A stretch of 64,000 nucleotides of DNA from a virus (lineage: Duplodnaviria; Caudoviricetes): IMG/VR virus record IMGVR_UViG_3300020413_000003, positions 60,935 through 124,934 of that record. One strand, written 5' to 3'. Below, piece after piece: positions 15,001-20,250 of this stretch (within the stretch, counting starts at the first letter, position 1; every line of letters starts with the position of its first letter). The translations under genes and the position numbers were made by a program. The notes under the pieces are model-generated. The model saw only the letters and a program-made list of their open reading frames with translations, did not search any database and had not been told where the DNA came from.

Positions 15001-18000
15001 AGTGTTATCGGTGATTGTGCAGATGTTAAGAGTAATATCGAATCATTAATCAATACAGTTAATGATATTATCGCACCTACAGGTCTAGATTATGATACTG
15101 CAGGTAACAGACTTTACTTTAACAGAGAACTTCTTGCATCAGATGTAACTTCTAGAATGTTAACTGAGTTTACATATCAAGCAGGTCCTACAACATACTT
15201 TGCATTCCAATTTGATGGAAATAATATATCAGCAGCAGACTTCCAAGCAGATGTTGAGGTATTGATTCAAAATCTAATATCTGATTTACAAACAGGTGGT
15301 AATAATAGTTCTATTAGAGCACTTCAAGAAGTGTATCTTAATTCTGATGGAACTCTTCATAGAATTGAAGATATGCTTATGCCAACTGTTTATGGTATGG
15401 AAGTTCTTAAGGAAGCAGGTAGAGAAGCAATTAGAAATAACGTATTCAATTCATCAGAAAATATTCCTTTCGGTGGATATGTAACAAACGCTGCTCAAGC
15501 AGCATTTAGAGATGATTTAGAGACTGTAGATATTGATCAAGTAATTGGAGATTGGAATAATCTTCTTGATCATGTAATTGAATTCTTCTCACCTGGCAAG
15601 AAAGAGGCTAGAAATGGTATGAAGAATATTCTTTATAATGTAAACTATTATAAGAATGAACTAAACAACCTTGTTAATACTCAGTTTGGTAATGGTGCTT
15701 GGGTCTATAATGATTTCGTTGATGAGTTAGTTGGAAATATAGTTCAAGACTCCATCACAACTCCTATAGATCATAAGACTACAGCAAGAAGAATAACTGT
15801 TACAAGTGTGAGTGGAGAATTTATAGTTGGTGAAGTTGTAACTGCTAATGGTGGTGGATACGCTCAGATTCTTGAATGGGATAGTAAAGACAGACATCTA
15901 TATGTCGGACCTTTCCTTAGTGGTACAATTTCTGCAGGTGAGACTCTTACTGGTGGAACTCAAGGTGGTGGAACTATTCCAACTGGAGGAGTTGGTATTG
16001 CATTTGATTGGTATACACAACCATCAAACGTTGAAATTCTTAGAAATGCAAGATTAATTAGTTCTACTGTTCAAGATCAATTAATAGGTGAAAACGTTGG
16101 TTATAATTATCCAGAAGATTTAAGTAGTGGTAATACACTTACCGAAATAACCATAGGTGCTGATAGTGCTGTTGCACCTGATAACGCAATTAGTGCTGAT
16201 AAGATTATTGCTTCATCTACTGTTGGTGAACATTTAATACACAGAAATTATAGTTTAAATGCATTTGAAACATTTGACGGTGGCACAGTTAAGTTTGACT
16301 CATCAACAGAGACATTTGATACTGGACAAGTAGGAACTACTGAATCACAGCAATTTACTTATTCTGTATTCTTAAAGGCAGGTGAGTATAGTAAAGTTCG
16401 TTTCGAGATGGCTCTTGATAGAGATACTACTGAGAAACAGCAATTGTTCTATGATATTGATTTAACAGATGGAAGTGTAGGTAGTATCTTCCAACCTCAA
16501 GGTGGTCTTACAGTAGATGGAACTGGAGTAATTCCTTATGGTGGAGGATGGTATAGAGCATACGGAACAATTACATGTTCATTCGGTTTCTCTCAACTCC
16601 GTCAACAAATTCAAATTAAGAATGCTACTGGTCAAACTAGTTTTGCAGGTAATGCATCTGATGGTCTTTATGCATGGGGTCTAAAACTTACTAAAGGAAC
16701 TATCGATCCTTATGCTGCTACAACTGGAGATGTATTCTACGCTGATACAGAATATAATATTAAGTCATATACAATCGATAGATTGGAAGAATGGATATAT
16801 GATGCATTGAAAGATCAACTTCTTAATCCTTCTCCTGAGTCAGGTTTTGTACCGTTCTTCAGTGATAGTGCATCTACTTATTATCATCCAGATTCAATTC
16901 AAAGATTGGTAAGATATAGTTTAGAAATAATTCGTAATCAATTATTAAATAGCACTTACTATACTGACATTGTTGTTCAAAATGCAATAGGTCTTCCAAC
17001 TAAAGATTATGGAACATTTGATTTCCCTGTTGCTCTTGCAGGTGGTCTTGCAGGTGCTGACTACTTGTATGGTTTAGAAAGTGGATCATATGCTGAACTA
17101 GAAAAAGTTACTATGAACGAAGGTGAAATTGTTCAAGTATATCAAAGATTCCGTATTGATGCTAATATTGTTGATGGTCCTTACTTCATGAATGAAGTTG
17201 TTCAAAAACAAGGAGATTCAACAGTCACAGGTGTTGTTTATGCATTCTATGAAGATGAAAACTTTAAGTATCTTGATGTTGCAGTTACTGGTGGAACATG
17301 GACAGTATTAGATTATGTTGTTGGTGCAACTAACTCAACAACTGCACAGATTAATGCTATTGAAGATAGAATACAAATCACTGGTCTTGAAGGAGAATTT
17401 GTTAATAATATTCCATTCAAGGGATATGACACAGGTGAAACTGCAATTCCAACTGGATTCTTAAAAGCACAAGCTGCTGTTCTTGACAATAGTGGTGGTA
17501 AATTAACTGTTGATACTGAGTCTCTAATAGGTAGTTTTGAAACATCTGCTGTAATATATCCTGAGCAATCTAAGTTATTCATGGATGTTGCCAGATATGA
17601 AGGGTTAGATGTATTAATCGGTTATAGAATTTCTTCTGCAGGACATACAAGAATTGGTATTACAATTCAGAATAATAAAAATGTATTTGTAGTAGGTAAT
17701 AAACTTAATAAGATTACTAATGGCATCATTGATATAAACAACTATGGTTATATTACTGAAGTTGATCTTGATAATAACATTCTATACTACATCTTAGCAG
17801 CAGGAAATATTACTAATGGTGATCAAGTTGGTGATTTTGGTGTTGCTCCTGATCCACTCAATCCATTAGGATATGCAGTAATTAATACTAAGTTAGATAT
17901 TGCAGGAGCTGCTAGTGCAGTAATTCAAGACATCAAAGATGTTGGTGTTAACAAACGATTCTATCTAACAAATGTAACAGGAACATTTAGTGGTAGAGAT

Positions 18001-18993
18001 GGAATCTTTGGTAAGGATAATTACAAGGCAGCAGTCATAACTAAGACTGATCTTAGAGGACGTGTTGAACGTGCATTCAGAGGATTTGATGGAACACAAA
18101 CTAACTTTAAGTTAACCATCTCAAACGGAACCAAGTACTTCCCAGATCCTGCAGGACATATGTTGATCTTCATCAACGGTGTTCTACAACCACCAGGTTC
18201 AGCAAATGCTTATACAGCATTCTCAGATAACATCCAGTTTACTGAAGCACCTGATCTTGGAGCATCATTCACAGGATTCTATGTTGGTAAACTAAGACAA
18301 TTAGATGATATATCTTTCGAGTTTGATTCATTACGTCAGTCATTCAACCTTAAGCGTGATGATGTATTCTACTCATTGACACTAACTGATGGTGTTCAAT
18401 CATCTACAATATTACCAGAGAACAATATCATTTGTTCATTGAACGGTGTTATACAGGAACCAGGCGTTGGTTTTGAATTGGTTGGTTCTAGAATAATCTT
18501 CTCTGAAATTCCTCGTGTTGGATCAACATTCGTTGCATTCTCATACGTTGGTTCTGAAGCGGACGTTGATGCTGCAGAAGTTGTACCACCAATAGAAGTG
18601 GGTGACTTCATTGATATACAAGGTGAGACTGAAGATAGACAGGTTGCTGTTATCGAATCTTCAAACTCCTTAATTACATTTGATTATCTTGGATCTGTAT
18701 TTGGACAGAATGCTCAGGCATCTGCTACTCTCACATCTGGAACTATTGATAAAGTTCAAGTTACATCTGGTGGATCTGGTTACACAACTAGACCAAATGT
18801 AAGAGTTGACTCCATATCTGGATTTGATGGAAACATTCGTGCACTAATTGGTGTAGCAGGTGTTGAAATTAGTAACGTTGGTTCTGGATATCAAAATCCT
18901 ATAATCAATGTTGAGACTTCAGTCCCAGATGACTGGACTGCTCCAGACTTAAGTCTATACGGGGAAGAGGGAGTTGACCCCGAAACCCCATAA
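1..18993 (+). CDS. gp7: Giant baseplate wedge initiator (gp7-like), 5'-truncated; multidomain (propeller-like region, 2 LamG-like domains, helical repeats, nested FTC/YPR domains)
   Basis: The frame is open from base 1 (KGEAVSTYSYES...PIM) into the listed ORF at 127, so the true start is upstream. Contains IQDSYYYQDFSYAVKS...VHPASFKVFG typical of gp7-like wedge proteins, many GSGY beta modules, and lies upstream of gp9/gp8. Confidence 0.8.
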   Translation, partial: KGEAVSTYSYESIGGINYGVLKTSTPHNLTVDDQVVIDYTPIMNNTNKTFVVKQIKGVEEIVIDQQGSGYNSELPPTIILDGDGTAAALEAVVTSVGSISTVNITNSGQNYTTNPRVILSHPQIYKKADYYVSKIANENYVKVNDVFVNDAKEIFICGKTKDSFGYTIGFLAKLSATGVKDWEKTIKSTDGQQEVEFERLLIDGQDIYVAGHNKPNASILEAYNPDVVLCKYTQAENGLSATLQYQKAYAGISGSTRSDNISAIAKYSDTRFVLGGFTNTNSGNPFDAYIAVVDTLGNFAVKRKITSVNVSEKVTDLLVNGTDIYYTLEIATSPNATSVDTGIGKATVGTSAISLVWTKQLTNTLYSFMDTSLTIDEFSELYITATTRLKSDNTTKDGFWIGKLDSDGAFLWNYRYAVAGGYTINVAKRTHIDIFGDLNIAVNKYLNTNGELTVDVVKVGYNGIIKNQTNNKFDLNNIEGVTAHSLYPDSSGDIHVFGQTSWNRNELLIPFTSGATTDVTGHYTATFVGDGNSLQYDTTNGFAKLLGKDSTTPSTWVNSVIQVNGSDLTTKMTGDWTIEFMLFKDAANNNNTHSQTQQTLIAIGDATLSTGGLWLYYDISSGEMQLVVTANGTALNSASGSLQSTVTTMFADNTWQFVALTKSAGQYTAYVNGIQVLQGTIDNTAFQNQNLYIGNIPGKSGTLNQFRSNEQGQYFVDNLRIRNRAVVPTVPNDVTNYPIAGEFSEGFTWTDTSWFSTYTNKYDYIDYVGWGLKVDKNSDAARIGTQTVQTNTQVGFTRTAIVLQTGLPLTVNNTGFGLAEAGFQNLDFDDADTSMTQDSDSLSYTQDVWSSRTATVPSPGSKKLRVTAVVKDRYFFKVTPTVKIDNIQELTLNQQFVFTTGSKLVLSSSSGSFINSGYIIRQNSVGNKIYLAVNNNAWANDLNTGELTTEQFNEQSTYGIVGPIPADVNELIYTFPLLNNTTPGTFDIDLNNFNHPEGGSNNLDELTNFKPYTDDDYSIRIDEVAGGSPFIPGSVVNINSGDISFNAAYTTASIINLTGVLKITLVATLKKIIQVTAVANSDEVYIVTANSHYLTQGEMVSIDGNPSQTVDSVVYDEYDGAFPVHTIVSPVEFTYKLPSAAITSPATSSGSVNIYVKSPVLKMYYGHQYLFDVGHSSMAGGNLSFSKDNLYKLEYSFNSIERVGTPGITGQGVPNPTVKLKVDTDIVTNISYYFDPSRTGADSPVIASSYLDVVNSPYVGNFAITSTSGATITRGADTFKFVLANEPEGNADVINTSYSTSSLKAVGSISDIRIVNGGGFYTRLPVVTSIQSSRQIERIQIDAPGTEYAVGVYNSVPIAGDGEGGFVSITVADGTDDDGVTIPGQIQSVVVTSPGKGYTTASIDVESISGILGAGLTGSGVDLNVVIPPAGTGASIFTKGTKVGKIKKLQNNNFGYDYPHDYTLRPEISFPINAQLTSTSILDSITVTDPGSGYSQAPTVVITGGGGQNATAEAFIKNGRLDDILVKDPGSGYSSAPTVALRSSFNYVVNLDLGLLQFAFPHGIVNGSEVTLTVTDTGDGAEFPLSAGAVGRLNSTNTYYAIAGTANSLEENQLKIAITAANAALGDSLSFVNAGTGRQTILTESFGGAATANVITSTFLEGELVYQGDTLDAATASGYVSTNQGWQVGPRIIKIVDYTGNFNANERITGVISKSSGIISDLKIARGVLEIGSITKTTGQFIDDIGKPSEIIQKIQDSYYYQDFSYAVKSAVSIGEWKEILLKNVHPASFKVFGELNLAEYGQIPNKETDFQITKAVELAREAIVPNIQSFSLVEPVYSQFNNSEVLFRQKRLTSSENILTSVVQRIDDISNQFDGVKTQFQLKVNGDNVVANANQLMIILNGVAQTPETSFNIQGDSIVFSQPPQPPASIKYVNVTIQEITISTLEFTNISGIFPLKGNTMAGQTSLARFTVTAVVGNSIFGFFVEGTAFTVGELVSNSATGFIANYASVSTVSNLGLFVFGEQVSNLTGETAKVEAINLAGGSEAPLGQLRYGIGPSTASVEIVAAKILSTDADTPPAAGTFTVGGNYQIGSEIVNVTNVTTNNDSVVLEITRGELGTTAATQAEDGPVYATTVLVNDKLTLSKTTGTYQSTPGLFDLALDDVIIGAQSGVVARLTATSTYQDPTTNEFIGQVNISEGSSFFGLLFNRVTSITYPNIVLDDISLSTISVVDYTDYVTDIDSQFPANEFISQIVIPYDNASGSLSIGEKIRNYKFDYGNNVGTFNSGEAGKSRKLSFKDKIGTGLFSTGDTIRTRDTKAEVIGFNFSGNTIYLGKIGRSLRGGGDYHVFNFSGSAQLDTSIKKFGDSSLQLDLATSDYIQIPASSEFTRGTGDYTIEFWIRLDAVSLADTKTLVDMRTSATEVALRIYLEAAQVRVNVNGSDIATSGGNALNNNVWYHLVIQRTGTTVKIISNGVEIGTGTDSGNYTLDRPIRIGADLSGLNSITAHIDEFRYSTVARYATIPFTSPNGIFQGDTDTKVLCHFDGADGATKTEDWSGGESFTKGEYVNNDSILTTNSSNPTAAPAGFNIKSHRYINAADLMLMNKEYLAQETVYIMKEVFPAHSVKGSEVDCEDDVRDVVDSIVEDLRNGSNHHMWKAASYYVNREVNPIQIVNVEDDVSMTVYVYEILDKIAKYIVNNVPWSTQGDHGLTQKYDTTITFDGYTSQTLTKFTPTAIDYHPSMGDMEITAASHGLAAPRTITASGSGYTATTGVLTIESVGHSLETGDRIKFEPNSITMTCTCDGNVVSQSYPRDDDPANQGWLEVSKIDNDNFSVNVGTSPTVNFTATSADYNSNTGFLTMDIGDNDLRPGSKYTVESAAYNPTSGVMTVGIGNDQYNVIDADYSPTSGDLEIFVSSHNLKTGQKVKIANDGLTFRCSQDDYATDHPYPRATDPARNTALEVLHVTDESFTVNVGKSPIVEFDVSNATFNPNTGDMELTIGNHSLSSGTSIRIATQSIGFTCTYGAGVHYYPRPLIDVHVPTDASYNPTTGVVTFTVNQGHGMKNGDKVKIPDYSLSFTCDKDNNATTHRYPRPYDPISDKWIEISNVQTTSIDVQVLDTAPSTNTSTHTFVSFTDVISQKRDKSFEQSIPITATTGTTITINVGVSSNTTTHTYSTSKAGAVITGGNYKHKFRSALDNAITVEHGLYVGDRVMFDRDSLTFTCLEDSGATEHTYPRITDPYYNKWLPISNVTHTTFDVQVLSSTPSTNQTAHTFVRAKVNGLTRSGETLKLAKDALSFTCSQDNDSTVHSYPRVDDSVYNTAIPIWSNGNTRMTAEGASYNTSTGLLTINILNHGLTVGTELRLENNSLVFTCAKDGNKTEHSYPRRKDPYAARWLRIKAVSDHTFTVFVGEASSTGQYAHTFVRAVKDGIVKRDNTVTVNVGATPTKAYTPSAATYNASTGALELNVGTHSYPAPTQHTPTDVAYNPVSGVMTLTIAGHNFSNGEKIKIADNGIKLSCPYGGATGTAAQKDYPRSTDPVSNKWIPIFNVTTDTFDVQVLDSIPSTNVDTHTFVSAVNNCVSKANYTVKLAPDSLLMTCDMDTNATKHVYPRSNVATHTPSTGTSYNPVTGALTVSIPTESFTASAANYNVTSGACVLTISQNAGSYNVTGATYSPSVGTLVLTLGTHSLTTSDRIKITPESLKFTCDYNNDNNTTIHPYPRAAGAYNSTNSKADYAYDTWLDISAVTGTTITVNVNGGQGAITDISNHTFVGALDGAVQVGHGIVPGNKVKLAPNSLTFTCTLDGNTAQKSYPRSTGANTTSGADYAYDKWLRVMDVGDNTITVNLNGGQGAISDTSAHTFVSATTNGITLGHGMVAGTPIKIKDGGVTFRCAHDNNATLHPYPRSTDPASDKWLFIKNVSDTQFEVDILQGTTPTNTTTHTYAGSLDNCIIQGDPLVAQAIPIDAVTGNTITINALDGYTPSFTPNHTLDSVATSQFTPTNAVYNGTTGLMTITVLTANFQPSTVAYNAITGEMQMTIGTHSLAVGEEILIAPNSLTFTCDYNGDGNTTNKTYPRATGAATPSGADFAYNNQLVITDTTNTTITVNVNGGGGAITDTTNHVFVSALADAVSVSHGMKNGEKIKIADNGITFTCTHDSNATNHPYPRVTDPASGRWLDVHNVTNTTFDVQVLDEIPSTNTTTHTFVSATTNAITRAIVSTGGNYKHKFISGLTNGVRTGGDYTHTFVSATSNGIHVAGDSIYIDNNSLRFTCSQDNHETQHDYPRATDPAAKHVMEVKTKDDNRFVVNVGKSPQDKRYDHLFVSGDANSITKSKYVITNCSDVYTTTNNLIDILRDTITQAALPSPVDHLASITDLLPVDEFVGGTIHSYLEVPFKVTYEDDAQEMVYTDRIDVFSRYRFRDAANLIRQNTGAIVDKASYDMLIRYPALYQDMPRNNNGASTDGIERCKTDLTQVCGGLANDIENGGNKNVVAAAGFYIGQFNEIQHIRLQLLQSIYVHNRLVFYLKQAIDGSLTTDNTENLIVGDWGITNDDSVTTYDVYNASYDAGTGDLVMTLASNTGTFSVSGAVYNPTSGDLTLTIGTHTLTTNDKVGIAEESLVFTCDYNGNGNQTQKRYPRSFGAGTTNGADYAYNQFLDITQVNQSGGTITVNVNGGQGAITDTTTHNFVVTPSATNAVTVGHGFTAGDSLQIGNEALTFTCSMDGNVSNKTYPRATDPAYGKALTITSATTTTVTVNVGTTPEVKYTPTFATYTATTGVLVLTIGNHNLEVGQPVKINQGALKFTCAMDGNESIKPYPRTSDPFYNKPIDITATTADTIQLNVGQSPIVLHTVSNATYDPTTGVMVLTIGSHTLTAGTSIKLATESLVFTCTLDGNTIQKSYPRATTANTGTGADYAYDTAINIDSADTAAGTITINVNGGQGAISDTSAHTFVSANAGAVRSGGDYVHTFHSADTESIIAGGEYTHVWAGGTATDAVSVIGDCADVKSNIESLINTVNDIIAPTGLDYDTAGNRLYFNRELLASDVTSRMLTEFTYQAGPTTYFAFQFDGNNISAADFQADVEVLIQNLISDLQTGGNNSSIRALQEVYLNSDGTLHRIEDMLMPTVYGMEVLKEAGREAIRNNVFNSSENIPFGGYVTNAAQAAFRDDLETVDIDQVIGDWNNLLDHVIEFFSPGKKEARNGMKNILYNVNYYKNELNNLVNTQFGNGAWVYNDFVDELVGNIVQDSITTPIDHKTTARRITVTSVSGEFIVGEVVTANGGGYAQILEWDSKDRHLYVGPFLSGTISAGETLTGGTQGGGTIPTGGVGIAFDWYTQPSNVEILRNARLISSTVQDQLIGENVGYNYPEDLSSGNTLTEITIGADSAVAPDNAISADKIIASSTVGEHLIHRNYSLNAFETFDGGTVKFDSSTETFDTGQVGTTESQQFTYSVFLKAGEYSKVRFEMALDRDTTEKQQLFYDIDLTDGSVGSIFQPQGGLTVDGTGVIPYGGGWYRAYGTITCSFGFSQLRQQIQIKNATGQTSFAGNASDGLYAWGLKLTKGTIDPYAATTGDVFYADTEYNIKSYTIDRLEEWIYDALKDQLLNPSPESGFVPFFSDSASTYYHPDSIQRLVRYSLEIIRNQLLNSTYYTDIVVQNAIGLPTKDYGTFDFPVALAGGLAGADYLYGLESGSYAELEKVTMNEGEIVQVYQRFRIDANIVDGPYFMNEVVQKQGDSTVTGVVYAFYEDENFKYLDVAVTGGTWTVLDYVVGATNSTTAQINAIEDRIQITGLEGEFVNNIPFKGYDTGETAIPTGFLKAQAAVLDNSGGKLTVDTESLIGSFETSAVIYPEQSKLFMDVARYEGLDVLIGYRISSAGHTRIGITIQNNKNVFVVGNKLNKITNGIIDINNYGYITEVDLDNNILYYILAAGNITNGDQVGDFGVAPDPLNPLGYAVINTKLDIAGAASAVIQDIKDVGVNKRFYLTNVTGTFSGRDGIFGKDNYKAAVITKTDLRGRVERAFRGFDGTQTNFKLTISNGTKYFPDPAGHMLIFINGVLQPPGSANAYTAFSDNIQFTEAPDLGASFTGFYVGKLRQLDDISFEFDSLRQSFNLKRDDVFYSLTLTDGVQSSTILPENNIICSLNGVIQEPGVGFELVGSRIIFSEIPRVGSTFVAFSYVGSEADVDAAEVVPPIEVGDFIDIQGETEDRQVAVIESSNSLITFDYLGSVFGQNAQASATLTSGTIDKVQVTSGGSGYTTRPNVRVDSISGFDGNIRALIGVAGVEISNVGSGYQNPIINVETSVPDDWTAPDLSLYGEEGVDPETP
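8194..13005 (+). repeat. 15 nested copies of a ~100-aa FTC...YPR domain inside gp7
   Basis: 15 (F/M/L)xC...YPR motifs, 15 opening hairpins (A.Y.P.TG...LT) and matching closing H.FVSA-type strands. Confidence 0.85.
13675..15006 (+). repeat. Second cluster of 4 nested FTC...YPR domains inside gp7
   Basis: KRYPR, KTYPR, KPYPR and KSYPR motifs with stacked closing strands (HTFVSA, GGDYVHTF, GGEYTHVW). Confidence 0.85.
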
Positions 18994-18996
18994 ATA
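18989..18996 (+). promoter_or_regulatory. T4-like late promoter (CATAAATA)
   Basis: Overlaps the gp7 stop, ~22 nt upstream of the gp9-like ATG; matches the gp55-dependent consensus TATAAATA at 7/8. Confidence 0.7.
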
Positions 18997-19018
18997 ACTA
19001 CACAGAAAATAGCGAGTA

Positions 19019-20245
19019 ATGGCTAAACAAACGATAGGTCTTGGATCTGCTGCTAACGATAATACAGGTGACACTCTTCGAGCAGGTGGTGACAAGGTAA
19101 ACGACAATTTTAGTGAGATATACACTGCTCTTGGGAACGGAAGTAACCTGACGGTAACTCTTGCAAACCCTGCTGTTAATCAGGTGTTGCGTTATAATGG
19201 TACAACCTTTATTCCTTCTGACTACACACAATTAACTTCTGCTCTTGACGTAAATAGTAATTCTATAATTTCTTCTTCAAACGGTAATATATCTATTGCT
19301 CCTAATGGCACTGGAAATGTATCTATATCTAACGGAAGTGTTACTAATACATTTAATGGCACAGATGGAACTATAGATCTTCCAACAATAATAAAATATA
19401 AAAACGAATATACTTCTCTTGGTGCATCTCCTCTACCTGCAACATATCCTGGTTATTTCTTTACTGTAGATGGTGATGATAATCCATATGTAAACATTAA
19501 TATAACTGCAGGTGGTGTTGGTGATGCTAGAGCAAAAGTATTAACAGAGTATTCTACTCTTGGTTTAGTTAGTGATGTAGATGTAGTATCAAGTGCTCCT
19601 ACTAATGGACAAGTTTTAAAATGGAATACTTCAAGTAGTAAGTGGTTACCTGCTGATGATATAGCAGGTGCAGGATCACAGAATATATGGGAGTCTATTG
19701 TTGCTGATACAGGAACAACTACTGCTGATTCTGACACTGATTCTTTAACAATATCTGGTGGAACAGATATCGCAACTACTATTACGGGTGATACAGTAAC
19801 AATCAATTATACTGGAACTCCTGTAACAACATTTGCTGCTTTAACTGATTCTGATTTATCAGGAATAGTTAAAGGTGATTCAATTTATTGGAATAATACT
19901 GACTGGGTTGTATCTAGAAGTCCAGTTATTTGGTGGAACTTGAACTCTAGTGGTGCATCTGATTACACCTTCTCTGGTCCTGGTTTTACTGGTGCTGTAA
20001 ATGACCCAACTCTTTATGTTTATAGAGGGTTTACTTACATCTTTGATAACTCAGTTCAAGGTGGTGCTCATCCATTCAGAATTCAAAGTACACAGGGTTT
20101 AACTGGAACTCCATATGTGGCAGGTCAGTCAGGTAGTGGATCTAATATTCTTTATTGGACGGTTCCGTTAGATGCTCCTGCAACTCTTTATTATCAATGT
20201 ACACTTCATTCTGCCATGCAAGGCACAATCAACGTAGCGGTATAG
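19019..20245 (+). CDS. gp9: Baseplate wedge tail-fibre connector (gp9-like) with C-terminal cupredoxin-like domain
   Basis: N-terminus MAKQTIGLGSAANDNTGDTLRAGGDKVNDNFSEIY is the T4 gp9/gp10 N-terminal motif; C-terminus HPFRIQ...YYQCTLHSAMQGTI. Confidence 0.75.
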   Translation: MAKQTIGLGSAANDNTGDTLRAGGDKVNDNFSEIYTALGNGSNLTVTLANPAVNQVLRYNGTTFIPSDYTQLTSALDVNSNSIISSSNGNISIAPNGTGNVSISNGSVTNTFNGTDGTIDLPTIIKYKNEYTSLGASPLPATYPGYFFTVDGDDNPYVNINITAGGVGDARAKVLTEYSTLGLVSDVDVVSSAPTNGQVLKWNTSSSKWLPADDIAGAGSQNIWESIVADTGTTTADSDTDSLTISGGTDIATTITGDTVTINYTGTPVTTFAALTDSDLSGIVKGDSIYWNNTDWVVSRSPVIWWNLNSSGASDYTFSGPGFTGAVNDPTLYVYRGFTYIFDNSVQGGAHPFRIQSTQGLTGTPYVAGQSGSGSNILYWTVPLDAPATLYYQCTLHSAMQGTINVAV

Positions 20246-20250
20246 AATAA

